From contig NIVC01002457.1 in the NCBI GenBank assembly GCA_002269645.1, forward strand, positions 43,693 through 107,692: a stretch of DNA of 64,000 nt, given 5' to 3'. Source of the stretch: Macrostomum lignano. Its lineage: Eukaryota. Shown here one piece after another: positions 37,545 through 56,086 of the stretch. The notes beneath the pieces are model-generated. The model was not told the origin of the DNA. It saw nothing but the letters and a program-made list of their open reading frames with translations, and ran no database searches. Both the position numbers and the translations under genes were made by a program. The first letter of the stretch is position 1. Each line of letters begins with the position of its first letter.

Positions 37545-40500
37545 ATGTTGAAACGCCTTGCTGGCAAGAAGACAAGCAGTTTGGCCACCTGCAAGCTGTG
37601 CATGGATGAGGTGTTCAAATCCGATATGATGACGCTGAAGGACTGCGGCTGCGCGTTCTGTCGGCCCTGCATGGAACGCTACGTGTCCCTGCTGATCTGG
37701 GAGGGCAATGTCGGCTTCATCAGCTGTCCAGACGGCGCTTGCTCAAGAATTGGCGAACTGCTGCCCAGCGAGATTGAGTCCCTGTGCTCAGCTCAACTGT
37801 ACAGGCGCTATCTACATCTGTGCTTTCTTAAAGAAGTCGAAATGGATCCTAGGCGCACATTTTGCCCCAGAGCCGGCTGCGAGACCGTCTTTAGCGTTGC
37901 CGGGCCCAGAGATCGAAAGTTCTCAATTGGTAGGCGACGCCAGAAAAAAATTGAGCGAGGCTGGCGCGTTGCCTGCCCAGCCTGCGGCTTGGTGTTCTGC
38001 TCCCGGTGCAAGCTGGAGTGGCACCGAGGCGTCGGGTGCGACCAGCAGCTGGCCAGGACGCACGGCATCTTGTTCACGCAGCCGCAGGACGCGCCTGTCA
38101 AACGTTGCCCAGTGTGCGCCATCCCAATTGAACGGGATCACGGATGCGCCCAGATGATGTGCAAACGGTGCAGACACATCTTCTGCTGGTACTGCCTGGC
38201 TAAGCTGGATGTGAGTGGCTGGCTAGATTAGCAATCCATTCTATTGCATTTTTACATGATGTTGGATAGATTAGCAATCCATTCTGTTCCTTCATCCATG
38301 ATGCTGGCTAGATTAGCAATCCATTCTATTCCTTTATCCTTGATTTTGGCTAGATTAGCAATCCATTCTATTCCTTCATCCATGATGTTGGCTAGATTAG
38401 CAATCCATTCTATTCCTTCATCCATGGTGTTGGCTAGATTAGCAATCCATTCTATTCCTTCATCCATGATGTTGGCTAGATTAGCAATCCATTCTATTCC
38501 TTCATCCATGGTGTTGGCTAGATTAGCAATCCATTCTATTCCTTCATCCATGGTGTTGGCTAGATTAGCAATCCAGTCTATTCCTTCATCCATGATGCTG
38601 GCTAGATTAGCAATCCAGTCTATTCCTCCATCCATGGTGTTGGCTAGATTAGCAATCCATTCTATTCCTTCATCCATGATGCTGGCTAGATTAGCAATCC
38701 ATTCTATTCCTTCATCCATGGTGTTGGCTAGATTAGCAATCCATTCTATTCCTTCATCCATGGTGTTGGCTAGATTAGCAATCCATTCTATTCCTTCATC
38801 CATGGTGTTGGCTAGATTAGCAATCCATTCTATTCCTTCATCCATGATGCTGGCTAGATTAGCAATCCAGTCTATTCCTTCATCCATGTTGTTGGCTAGA
38901 TTAGCAATCCATTCTATTCCTTCATCCATGATGCTGGCTAGATTAGCAATCCAGTCTATTCCTCCATCCATGGTGTTGGCTAGATTAGCAATCCATTCTA
39001 TTCCTTCATCCATGATGCTGGCTAGATTAGCAATCCATTCTATTCCTCCATCCATGATGTTGGCTAGATTAGCAATCCATTCTATTCCTTCATCCATGAT
39101 GCTGGCTAGATTAGCAATCCAGTCTATTCCTCCATCCATGGTGTTGGCTAGATTAGCAATCCATTATATTCCTTCATCCATGATGCTGGCTAGATTAGCA
39201 ATCCATTCTATTCCTCCATCCATGATGTTGGCTAGATTAGCAATCCATTCTATTCCTTCATCCATGGTGTTGGCTAGATTAGCAATCCATTCTATTCCTT
39301 CATCCATGCTGTTGGCTAGATTAGCAATCCATTCTATTCCTTCATCCATGATGCTGGCTAGATTAGCAATCCATTCTATTCCTTCATCCATGATGCTGGC
39401 TAGATTAGCAATCCAGTCTATTCCTCCATCCATGGTGTTGGCTAGATTAGCAATCCAGTCTATTCCTTCATCCATGATGCTGGCTAGATTAGCAATCCAT
39501 TCTATTCCTCCATCCATGATGTTGGCTAGATTAGCAATCCATTCTATTCCTTCATCCATGATGCTGGCTAGATTAGCAATCCATTCTATTCCTCCATCCA
39601 TGATGTTGGCTAGATTAGCAATCCATTCTATTCCTTCATCCATGATGCTGGCTAGATTAGCAATCCATTCTATTCCTCCATCCATGATGCTGGCTAGATT
39701 AGCAATCCATTCTATTCCTCCATCCATGATGTTGGCTAGATTAGCAATCCAGTCTATTCCTCCATCAATGATGTTGGCTAGATTAGCAATCCATTCTATT
39801 CCTTCATCCATGATGTTGGCTAGATTAGCAATCCATTCTGTTCCTTCATCCATGATGTTGGCTAGATTAGCAATCCAGTCTATTCCTTCATTCATGGTGT
39901 TGGCTAGATTAGCAATCCATTCTATTCCTCCATCCATGATGCTGGCTAGATTAGCAATCCATTCTATTCCTTCATCCATGCTGTTGGCTAGATTAGCAAT
40001 CCATTCTGTTCCTTCATCCATGGTGTTGGCTAGATTAGCAATCCATTCTATTCCTTCATCCATGATGCTGGCTAGATTAGCAATCCATTCTATTCCTTCA
40101 TCCATGCTGTTGGCTAGATTAGCAATCCATTCTATTTCTTCATCTAGTATTATCAACTAATCTAGCTAAAATCACTAATTTTTGGCACTGATAAATGTAC
40201 TGTTAAATCATGCACACGCGCTGGTGGACAAATTTAGCGTTTGACTTCTCATCGCAAATAATTTTCCCTAGCAACTATTTGTCGCATTTTCAGGGCGATT
40301 TCTTCCTGCGTCATTACGACCGAGGACCGTGCAAGTACAAACTCGGTCACTCGCGCGCCTCCCTTATCATGCACCGGATTCAGGTAAGCTGTCTTCGAGG
40401 CCGCTTAAAAATTGCTCACAGAGAATGGCTAGATAATAACTTCAACATTCGCTGAGCATTGCATATTCGTACGTCATGCTAATTCTCTTTTCACAATGTC

Positions 40501-42366
40501 TTATCAATCTGGCTTATGTTTTTAATCAGAATTTTTGTACAAATATGACGTTTGTTTAGCTTCGTGCCTCCCAGATTGTCCAGCTCAGCGTTCCAGCTAA
40601 ACTGGCTCGATTAGACTGGCTTATTCCCCCGGGCTTTGCCGAGATTTTCTCGTCAATTCGTCGAGGCAAAAATATTAATCTTTTTTTCAGCTTGTGGTGC
40701 CCTGTTTCATTTTTCAATGGAAAATAGTCTGCGATCATGTCGACTGGCGCGTCCTGCAAACACAAGCCAACAACCCTTCAGTGCCACAAGCCATCAACCC
40801 TTCAGTGCCACAAACCATCAACCCTTCAGTGCCACAAACCAACAACAACCCTTCAGTGCCACAAGCCATCAACCCTTCAGTGCCACAAGCCAACAACAAC
40901 CCTTCAGTGCCACAAGCCATCAACCGTTCAGTGCCACAAGCCATCAACCCTTCAGTGCCACAAACCATCAACCCTTCAGTGCCACAAGCCATCAACCCTT
41001 CAGTGCCACAAACCATCAACAACCCTTCAGTGCCACAAACCATCAACCCTTCAGTGCCACAAGCCAACAACAACCCTTCAGTGCCACAAGCCATCAACCC
41101 TTCAGTGCCACAAGCCATCAACCCTTCAGTGCCACAAACCATCAACAACCCTTCAGTGCCACAAACCATCAACCCTTCAGTGCCACAAACCATCAACCCT
41201 TCAGTGCCACAAACCATCAACAACCCTTCAGTGCCACAAGCCATCAACCCTTCAGTGCCACAAACCATCAACCCTTCAGTGCCACAAGCCAACAACCCTT
41301 CAGTGCCACAAGCCATCAACAACCCTTCAGTGCCACAAACCATCAACAACCCTTCAGTGCCACAAGCCATCAACCCTTCAGTGCCACAAACCATCAACCC
41401 TTCAGTGCCACAAGCCAACAATCCTTCAGTTCCACAAACCATCAACCCTTCAGTTCCACAAGCCAACAACCCTTCAGTTCCACAAGCCAACAACCCTTCA
41501 GTTCCACAAGCCATCAAGCCTTCAGTTCCACAAGCCAACAACCCTTCAGTTCCACAAGCCAACAACCCTTCAGTGCCACAAACCATCAACCCTTCAGTGC
41601 CACAAACCATCAACCCTTCAGTTCCACAAGCCAACAACCCTTCAGTTCCACAAGCCATCAAGCCTTCAGTTCCACAAGCCAACAACCCTTCAGTTCCACA
41701 AGCCAACAACCCTTCAGTGCCACAAGCCAACAACCCTTCAGTGCTACAAGCCAACAACAACCCTTCAGTGCCACAAGCCATCAACAACCCTTCAGTGCCA
41801 CAAGCCATCAGCCCTTCAGTGCCACAAACCATCAACAACCCTTCAGTGCCACAAGCCCTATAGTCCTTCAGACCCCTTTAATTCTGGCAATCTGATCGAC
41901 CGTCACCCGCTGCCCCGTTGCCCAGGTCGGTGCCATCTTTTTCGGCTTCTCCCTACTCGTAGTGATCGTCAGCCCGTTTGTACTCTTAGCGGCGCCATTT
42001 ATTGTCTGCTGCAAGTGCAAGTCGCTCTGTCGTCACTGCGCCGGCGGCGGCGGCGGCTGCTGCTACGACGTCGACAACGAGGACGACGGCGACAATTTTG
42101 ACGAAGAAAATCTTGGCGGCGAAGCGACCGCCGCCGCTGTTAACTGGCGCGACGCTACCCTGCGCCAACTCGGCGCCAGCTCGAGCTCAGGCGCCGCGGT
42201 CAAGCCCATTGAACAGGCTGATGAGGCGGCCGCGAACTCTGACGAGGAGGATTCCGACGCTGAGGACAACGGCAGTCGGTTTAGTGGGCCGCATCAGAGC
42301 GCCGCTGCCGTGGAGCTGCACCCGTGCCCGACGCTGATGACAACAAGCGATCGCCAAGAATATTGA
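37545..42366 (+). CDS. RNF144: RNF144-type RBR (RING1-IBR-RING2) E3 ubiquitin ligase with C-terminal TM helix, 3 coding exons, 398 aa
   Basis: Exons 37545-38210, 40294-40383, 41926-42366 (GT-AG, phase 0). CKLC...CGCAFC, IBR CPRAGC, RING2 [60 protein letters not shown]. An acceptor at 37541 implies an upstream UTR exon. Confidence 0.94.
38216..40145. repeat. 42-bp minisatellite filling RNF144 intron 1
   Basis: (GCTGGCTAGATTAGCAATCCATTCTATTCCTTCATCCATGAT)n, about 45 copies, starting 5 nt after the donor. Confidence 0.97.
40770..41858. repeat. 21/24-bp minisatellite in RNF144 intron 2
   Basis: (CAACCCTTCAGTGCCACAAGCCAT[CAA])n. Confidence 0.96.
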
Positions 42367-42627
42367 ACTGATATTCGATTCTTACTACTTATTTTTGCCC
42401 CACCCCCTAACCGTGAGTAGTAGACCTAGCCCTTGAGAGTAGAGTTTTTGTGAAAATATTTTTCATCGGACTGTGAAAGTTTTTCGCTGTACTTTTAAAA
42501 TGGTATTTTTTCTATTTTTGTGTAGATACGAAATCTGTCTACACGTATTTATTGATGTGCTTGTAGATGTTACATGTGCAATCGTGCGTTAATAATGTTA
42601 TTACGAGTATATAATATTAAACTAAGT

Positions 42628-42990
42628 TCTCTTGGCGCCACTAAGCCTCTCTTGGCGCCACCAAAGCTCTCTTGGCGCCACTGAGTCTCTCTTGGCGCCA
42701 CCAAGGCTCTCTTGGCGCCACCAAGGCTCTCTTGGTGCCACTGAGTCTCTCTTGGCGCCACCAAGGCTATCTTGGCGCCACTGAGTCTCTCTTGGCGCCA
42801 CCAAGGCTCTTGGCGCCACTGAGTCTCTCTTGGCGCCACTGAGTCTCTCTTGGCGCCACCAAGGCTCTTGGCGCCACCAAGGCTCTCTTGGCGCCACTAA
42901 GGCTCTCTTGGCGCCACTAAGGCTCTCTTGGCGCCACTAAGGCTCTCTTGGCGCCACTAAGGCTCTCTTGGCGCCACTGAGGCTGTCTTG
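42628..42990. repeat. About 20-bp GGCGCC-core minisatellite
   Basis: (CTCTTGGCGCCACYAAGGCT)n with CTGAGT variants. Confidence 0.93.
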
Positions 42991-45310
42991 TCGCCCACAA
43001 AATCCAATTCTGGTATTTAACCAAATTAACTTGAAAGTACATTAATATTGAATTACACGATGCACTTGTTTTTGACGTTACAAGTAGTATGTAAACAAAG
43101 AAACTTGTGCTATCCGTTCTGTTTTCATTCAATCTCCATCTCAGCCGTGGTAATTTTGAGCTCAATAATGTTTATGATTTTAACTATACTGACATTTGCG
43201 CCTCTTGCCCTTATTTAATATAGACTTACTGTTGTTCTTAAGCTTGCTTTAAAACTGACCTATTTATAAGTCATTTTTCTGACATAATTGTCTTTAATTT
43301 GCAGTGCAAAAATTTTAGACTAGTCATTTCTCTCCTTATACCTGATCTTATTGATTGAGATGCAATATTTATGATATTATACATTTTTCAACTTTTTCCT
43401 GTGGCTTTTTAAGTCCAATTATTGTACACAAATTACATATATTTCTAATCTAACTTTTTGGCCTAGAAATCTCACAAGTTATAATTGTTTATTTTTATTA
43501 TACTGTTATTATCGCTAAATTTGTGTTGTGGACTCTTATATTTGAATACTGAATAAGTAAACAGTAAATTTATGCATATTTTGTGCGTAAGTTTTAAAAA
43601 AAGTACACTAATGTCTTTGTTTTTCAACTTGCCTAGGTCTTTGTTTACGTTGATTTACTATTTAAACCGTGTAACATACAGTATGCATGTACAACGCTCT
43701 TGTTACTACTAGTATTAGTTCGTTTCGCGTCTGGTTAAAGAAATTGTTACAATATATTCAAAAGTTGCGCCCTAAATGGTCTTAAAGTACATACACCTGT
43801 ATGTAAACCAGGCGTTGCGTACTTTACATTTGCAGTTTAATGTTGTCAGCATAAAATTAGTTATGATTACAAAATTTACTTTTTTTGTCTTTGTCATTTA
43901 TTTGATCGAGCGCGCAAATATTAGCTTTGGTTTACCTGAAGTAGCCACGTCGTTCTTGATGGCTAAATGGTTAAGGTCTTGTTGGCTCCATAGTGATTTA
44001 ATTTGGAATAATTTTTTTTGTATGCAACTCACCATGGGGGTGGTCAAGGACCAATAAATGGTGGCCTATGGCTACGAAGAGGTAAAAGGGGATTGGAAGT
44101 GAAAGAAGACAAAGGGAGAGGATGTAAAAGAAACAAGGAAAGGAAAAGAGAAGTCTTAAAACTGATCCAGTTTTTCTTTGAGACAATACAACCTTGGCTC
44201 TTGAAAATGGTTTGTGTAACAGGTAGGATTTTGCGTCCTGTCTGCACCTGCTCACGTCGGATAGCAAGAATTGAACTCGTAGCCCGGTATTTCTGGGCCC
44301 AGGCTGCTGCGGTCTACAGACCCAGCCGAGGCAATGGCCATGCCTAATTTGGGCCCGCAGAAGCGGGCGAGAGAAAAGTGAAGCAAGCGCCTCCACTGTC
44401 TGTCCTTTTATTTTAAACACGAGCATACGCGTGGGAACGAAAATTCTTATAAGCTACATAGAACAAATATGGTTTTAGGCAGCCGCCCTTCGCAAATATG
44501 ACTGCATTCTATGCAGTTCATAGTTTGATGCCAGGATTAGCTAATTTAGCAAATAGAGCATTCCATTTTTTACAGTATTTAGGAATGAAGAACCGCTTTT
44601 GTTGCTCTGTTCTAGAGAAAGGAAGCTTAAAGTATCGAGTTGTTTGCTGATAGAAAGCAATTATATTAAAGCTATTAATATCACTGCAGAAAAACAAAAA
44701 TCGCTTGTGCAACAATATTTGGTTCAATAAACAGACAAATTATTAGAAACTCAAACTAATGACCCACGCACGTCATTTTTTTTTTCTGCTAGAGGCTGGA
44801 GCGCACTATCACGTAAGTTAAATTGCACGTGATTGTGATTTTGCGAATCCGGTTATCAATTTTGGAAAACTCCAAACGCATTAGCAATGAGCATAAAAAA
44901 TAGAAAAAAAACATTAGCAATGCTCGTAGTTTATAACTCATAATGCTTCGCGATATAGTTAAATAGTTGATTAAAATATCTCAAAGATCATACATTCCCG
45001 TATTGTTATACTGTGTTATATTTTGGTGATAACACTGTCGTGAAATATTTCAATATTTTTTTTTCGTCGAAAGGTCCGATCCAGTTGAAAATGTGTGAAA
45101 AAACTCGCTTCTCTATTCCTTTCTGCTTTGAAGCTTGAGATTGTGCATTTAATATTTTTTAAATATATAACTTTAAAAAAATTCTAGTGAACTTGGTGCT
45201 TGTTTCTAGCCCAGTGATCTTCCTTTATAGAGAAGATTTAGGGCACACCCCTAGGTCATATACGATATTTTTAGACAGTTTCTGGCTCATCGCGTGATAA
45301 TACAATAACA

Positions 45311-50715
<5,405 letters not shown>

Positions 50716-52057
50716 ATAGCGGATTAGCTTATGAAATAAACTTACTATAGTTCAATAGCTATAATTTCAGCTTAACGACTGCCTCAAGCGCTATAGCATT
50801 GAAAATTCTGTAGTTTGCTTACCGTGGTGTCATCGTCAATAGCTAGACAATGCAACTACTTTTTTGTTTAGGATAAAAAAATTATCCACCGATAAAAATA
50901 TGAAAACCATTTTTGTTCAAGATAATTATGTATTTTGAAATTTCGTACTCTTTGTTACTACTCTTTTAGTCAGTAGCTTGAATGAACATTTAGCGATTTT
51001 TCCAAGTATGAAAAAACAATTGGACGCTGATTGCTTTATTTTTTTCCAGCCAATTACTTTTAATAATAATTATATATTGATAACAGTAATATCTAGCTTT
51101 ACAATCATATTTTCCTGCTGATTTCAAGAATAATTAGTGTCATTAATAATATTTCCAATATTTTTATCAAACTTTTTTTACACGAAGTAGATTTATGTTG
51201 TCTTTTGTACGTTTTTGTTTTGAACTTTTTCAGTTTCCATGCTGCAGTCGCGCAGTTATTAATAGTCCGTTGCGGATTGGCAATATTTTATTTATTTAGC
51301 TGTTTCTAAATCAATATAATTAATCCTTTAAGTATTCTAGTTGATTCTAATCAAGAATTAGATGCGCGTTTCAATCCTGACAAATCTTGGAGATTTTCTT
51401 ATTTATTGAATGAAAATTTGTTATACATTGTAATAAGAGCGTAATAACATCTTGAAGCTTACTCGTACGAGCGTACGTGTGTGTCAAGAAAAGACAGTTT
51501 AAAATACACTAGTAATTGTAATGTTGGCCTTCCTACCTTCCTACCAGCTACTGCAGGCGCACTCACGATGGCAGGAGCCACTATCTGCTTGGCAAATGAA
51601 TTCAAGGAGAACAATAGCCACAAAATTTCCCGAAAGCAAATTTTCCCGTGCAGAAAATTTGAAGTGGCTTTGGAAGCGACAAAACGGCCCTTTTCAGTAA
51701 CTACCGATTTGGAAATTTGAGCAATTCAAGTTGGCTGAGAAGAGCCACTACAGATGCAGCTGGCACGGGAAACAAGTGGAAGCCAATATTCAGGTGTTAA
51801 CTGTCAACGCAGAACTGTATTTGATGAAATTTGAGGCTAAAATAGACACCTAATTGTTCTCCAACATCCCCAGCTAACACTCGGTACACAACTAGCTGAA
51901 ACTCTCAGCAACAGATGGCAAGAATGGAAAAAGCCCTTTTTCGCAAGCCTTATACTATAAATACAAGACCGCATGCAGCTCCCCTCGTTGAAAAGAACCC
52001 ACAGTAAATGATTCAGAGAGTCCTCGTTGTGACTCAAATTTTGATTTGTTACTCAAA

Positions 52058-53341
52058 ATGCATCTAAACGCTGAGCAGCTGCAGTGCCTTGTCACCATCT
52101 ACATTCTCCTTGTACTGTGCAACAAATTCTCGATGGGGAAGGTAAGCACCGACCCGGAAGCTGATCTCATATTTTATCTGAAGAACAACATCACCAAGTA
52201 CAGCCCGCTATTGCGGCCGCTTCTCAACTCTAGCGAGATTCATTACATTAACATGGACATTTCCGTGACTCAGCTAGTGTCTGTGGACAGCGCCAAGCAG
52301 AGTGTGAAAATTTCTGCACTCACTTTAGCCAGATGGCTTGAGGAGCGACTAGTATGGGATCCGGCCAGCTTTGGGAATATTACGACAATCAACTGGAACG
52401 CGGATGACATTTGGTTCCCAGTTATCTTGATGTACAACGGCATCGGCGACAACCAAGTCCTAGCGAAACAGATACCGGTGTATCTGACCTCTTGGACGCC
52501 TAACGCAACGTTTGTTACGGCTACGTGGCGCAACGATATTGAATTCTCCTGCCAATTCGATATGAGAAAATTTCCGTTGGACCAGCACACCTGTGAGCTG
52601 CTGTTCTTTATTAGCGACCAGGGCCACGGCAACAGAATGGTGCAGCCGAAACGATTAGTGCCGTCGTTCAACGTGCTCGGCACCTACCAGTCCAACAGCG
52701 AATGGATCATGCTGAACGCTAGCACCAGGGCGGAGCCGCAGCTGTTCGAAGTGTTCGAAGGCAGGCCGCCAATTCCGTTGCCAACATTTCTTTTTCGATT
52801 TGAAATCAAGCGAGTGTCGATTTATTATTTTGTTAATATTATCACGCCGCTATTGCTGCTGACGCTGCTCCAAGTGCTGGTGTATTTTGTACCAGTGGAG
52901 TCCGGCGAGAAGCTGGGATTCGGCATCACAATCATGCTCAGCTACACCGTGTTCCTGCTGCTTCTAGCCGATATCGTTCCAAAGTCAGAAGATACGCCAG
53001 CGATCGCTTCGTTCATCACGGCCGCTATGATAATTTCTACCGTATCCCTGCTACTGACTTCCGTGATCATGCGATTCCAATTCGCCCGGAGGGAGCGCGA
53101 ATGCCCGCCTGTGTCCGGGCCGTAGCTGTTCGCTTTTTAGGCCGCCTGTTCTGCGTCAGCGGCGCCTCCGGTCCGCCAGTCGACAGCGTGACTAGCATGC
53201 GCCGAAAATCCGACCAAGATAACGATTGCGTCAGATCCGATTGGGTGGTGGCAGCGCACGCTTTGGAGCGTCTCATGGTGGCCCTCGGGTGGCTGCCACA
53301 GTCGCTATCATCGGTACTTCGTCATCAGGCCGTACACTTAA
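52058..53341 (+). CDS. Intronless Cys-loop ligand-gated ion channel subunit, copy 1 (nAChR-like, non-alpha); three 1-bp deletions near the 3' end
   Basis: Hydrophobic N-terminus, Cys-loop CQFDMRKFPLDQHTC, M1-M3 with SGEK. The ORF stops at 53125, but alignment to copy 2 restores MX, M4 and RPYT* (TAA 53339-53341) if single bases are added near 53088, 53288 and 53317. Confidence 0.85.
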
Positions 53342-54290
53342 GATCGACGGAAATCGTCAAGTAAAGTCAACCGACTCGTTGAAACTACGAATAATTTCTG
53401 CTTCTATTCTTTTTTTTTTATTAAAATCTTTCTCACTATAGAAAACTTATACCGTACTTACCCTAGTTTCTTGAATCACACGGTGATTAAATATCCGAGC
53501 TTCACAAGCTGTTTGCTTTGATTTTGAAAAAAAAAACTTTAGGTAAAATTGAGATCCTTTAATCCCTTTCAGGTTTGAGAATTGAGAACCTGTTCTAAAA
53601 ATTTCTGGTCGTATATAATTTCTTGTCCAAAGTCTGTCACTGATGAAACTCCATATCTCAATATACTAAAACTTACTAATATAAATACCTACGCACGTTC
53701 CCACGTAAATATATCTGACTCCTAAACCGTCTGTGTATCAAAAGACTTGTTTAACAGACTACAAAGACTAAATAGATTTATTTTCACTATATAGACTTGC
53801 AATTTCTGTCTGAAACCGTGCAATCAATCACCCGTTCGACGAATCAAGTTGTTCAAACTAGAATTTTTTTATTTTAACGCAAGTCCTAGAAACTTTCGTC
53901 CGCTCCTCTCCATGGTATGATTGAATTTCAAACGAAAGGACTGAAATTGAGAGTAAAGAAAAGACGAGAGCTAAATCTTGTGAACTCCATACGCTCAGCT
54001 CCCTATTATCAAACAAGAGCTAAACCGACTACAGTAAGCTAACAGCAATTCTTCACAAGAACGAACAAGAATTTAATCGAGCTGAACACACACAATTCCC
54101 TAAACGGTAAACACAGCCGGAAAAGGTGGCGTACGGGTTTATAGCAGAATGTCAAACAATGGTAGGGAAGGAGAGGAAGCGGGATCTTGAAATATAGCAT
54201 ATAGAGACCAAGCATTACCAATACTCTCGACAAGAAAGTTGAACAAGAGAATCGAGACTGTCGGAGCCATCGAGACCTTCGGTATAAGTT

Positions 54291-55592
54291 ATGTCGGCGA
54301 CCACGACACTTCTTGTTGCTATCTGTCTACTTGGACTCCCAACTGAAGCGCAACAACCACCAGACTACGAAGCTGAATTAATCAAATATCTGAGCAACAA
54401 CATAAGCAATTTTAGTCCGCTACTCAAGCCAATAAAAGACCTGAGAAGACAAATGAAAATCAGAGTTGGCTGCATGGTTACCGGCCTAGTCTCCGTGGAC
54501 AGCGCCAGACAAAGTGTAAAGCTGGCGGTTTTCCTACAGACGAGCTGGCCAGAAGAGCGACTTGTCTGGAACGCGTCACAGTTTGGCAACTTGTCTGTGG
54601 TGAGCCGGGATGTCAGCCAGACATGGTTTCCCGTGATCATTATTTACAATGGCATCGGAGACAACCAGTTGCTGCTGCCTCAGATACCAGTTTTCTTGAG
54701 ATCGATGTCGCCAAATCTAACGCTAAGCACAGCGGCTTGGCGCAGAGAACTGGAATTCACCTGCCAATTCGACATGACCAGGTTCCCGCTAGACAGGCAC
54801 ATCTGCGATGTGGAATTCTTTTTTAGCGATCAGGGTCATAACAATAAGCTGATTCGTCTAGTGGACAGTAAGCCCGCATTCAACACCCTTGGAATTTACA
54901 AGGAGAACGGTGAATGGCAAATGATCAACGCTACTTCGCTGGTAGAGTACAGAAAGTACAATGTTTTCAACTCTATGCCGCCTGTTCTGCTGCCAACCTA
55001 CATTGTTCGAATTGAAATCCAGCGCGTGTCGGCTTACTACTTCATGAACATCATCACGCCGCTGCTGCTGCTGACTCTGCTCCAAGTGCTGGTGTACTTT
55101 GTGCCTCTGGAGTCCGGTGAGAAGCTGGGATTCGGCGTCACAATCATGCTCAGCTACACCGTGTTCCTGCTACTACTAGACGACATTGTGCCGAAGTCTC
55201 GAGCAACTCCGGCGATCGCTTCGTTCATCACGGCGGCTATGATTGTATCTGGCGTATCCCTGCTGCTGACCTTAATTATGATGCGATTCCACTTCGCTGC
55301 GGGCGGAGCTCGAATGTCAGCCTGTGCTCGGGTCGTGCTCGTTCGCTTTTTAGGCCGCCTGCTCTGCGTTAGCGCCGCCGGCTCGCGGGTCGGCCAGCAG
55401 ACTCCAAGCAATCACTGCAGCGAGGTTAGCATCAGGAAGGCTGACGTTGATGAAACCGATGATGCTAGGACTACCGACCAGCAGTCCGAATGGATGGTGG
55501 CAGCGCACGCATTGGAGCGACTCATGGTTGTGCTTGGAGTTGCTGCTACAGCCGCCATTATTGGAGTCTTTGTTGTGAAACCGTATATTTGA
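54291..55592 (+). CDS. Intronless Cys-loop ligand-gated ion channel subunit, copy 2 (nAChR-like, non-alpha), 433 aa
   Basis: Complete single-exon ORF: signal peptide, WFPVIIIYN, Cys-loop CQFDMTRFPLDRHIC, M2 SGEKLGFGVTIMLSYTVFLLLL, short M3-M4 loop, M4. Confidence 0.93.
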   Translation: MSATTTLLVAICLLGLPTEAQQPPDYEAELIKYLSNNISNFSPLLKPIKDLRRQMKIRVGCMVTGLVSVDSARQSVKLAVFLQTSWPEERLVWNASQFGNLSVVSRDVSQTWFPVIIIYNGIGDNQLLLPQIPVFLRSMSPNLTLSTAAWRRELEFTCQFDMTRFPLDRHICDVEFFFSDQGHNNKLIRLVDSKPAFNTLGIYKENGEWQMINATSLVEYRKYNVFNSMPPVLLPTYIVRIEIQRVSAYYFMNIITPLLLLTLLQVLVYFVPLESGEKLGFGVTIMLSYTVFLLLLDDIVPKSRATPAIASFITAAMIVSGVSLLLTLIMMRFHFAAGGARMSACARVVLVRFLGRLLCVSAAGSRVGQQTPSNHCSEVSIRKADVDETDDARTTDQQSEWMVAAHALERLMVVLGVAATAAIIGVFVVKPYI

Positions 55593-56086
55593 CCTGAAAA
55601 ACACTGGAACGATTTATGATGATTAGTTACCTTAACTACTGAGGATATAATCTCCAGAATTTGTTGGAGAAATTAGTCGAAAATGCACCAGAACATCATT
55701 CTCGTTGGGTAACTTCGATTAAATCTCGTAGATAATACATGTAGGTATCTCTACTTGTAGCTGGGCCCCCTGGAATCAGTTGGGTCACATTGGGTCTGGT
55801 TCAGTCATCAGTAAATGTACTTTTATGCTTCTTACACGAAGTTAATAAATTCTGGAACATCATCCTTACTACCATCATTCTCATTACAATTACAAATCAA
55901 ATAAGTAGCTGTGGAAAATATAAAACGAATATGTTTTAGTAACTAAGCGATAAAGAAGAGGAAAATCTCGCACAAAAAAGTGTAAACACGAGGCTTTTTA
56001 TTAACGAAAAAGAAAAATGCCTTTTTTATATCCATGCAGGACGTAGACGGCAAAACAGAAAGTAAGACCGAATTTGATAAAATTTT

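Noticed and set aside
38244-41895. 638-aa, 454-aa, 419-aa and similar repeat ORFs resembling mucin or adhesive proteins
   Set aside because: They lie inside RNF144 introns defined by clean GT-AG junctions and conserved flanking exons.
44518-44727. Minus-strand peptide LPFSRTEQQKRFFIPKYCKKWNAL resembling a LINE RT C-terminus
   Set aside because: Too short and degenerate to call; no upstream RT motifs found.
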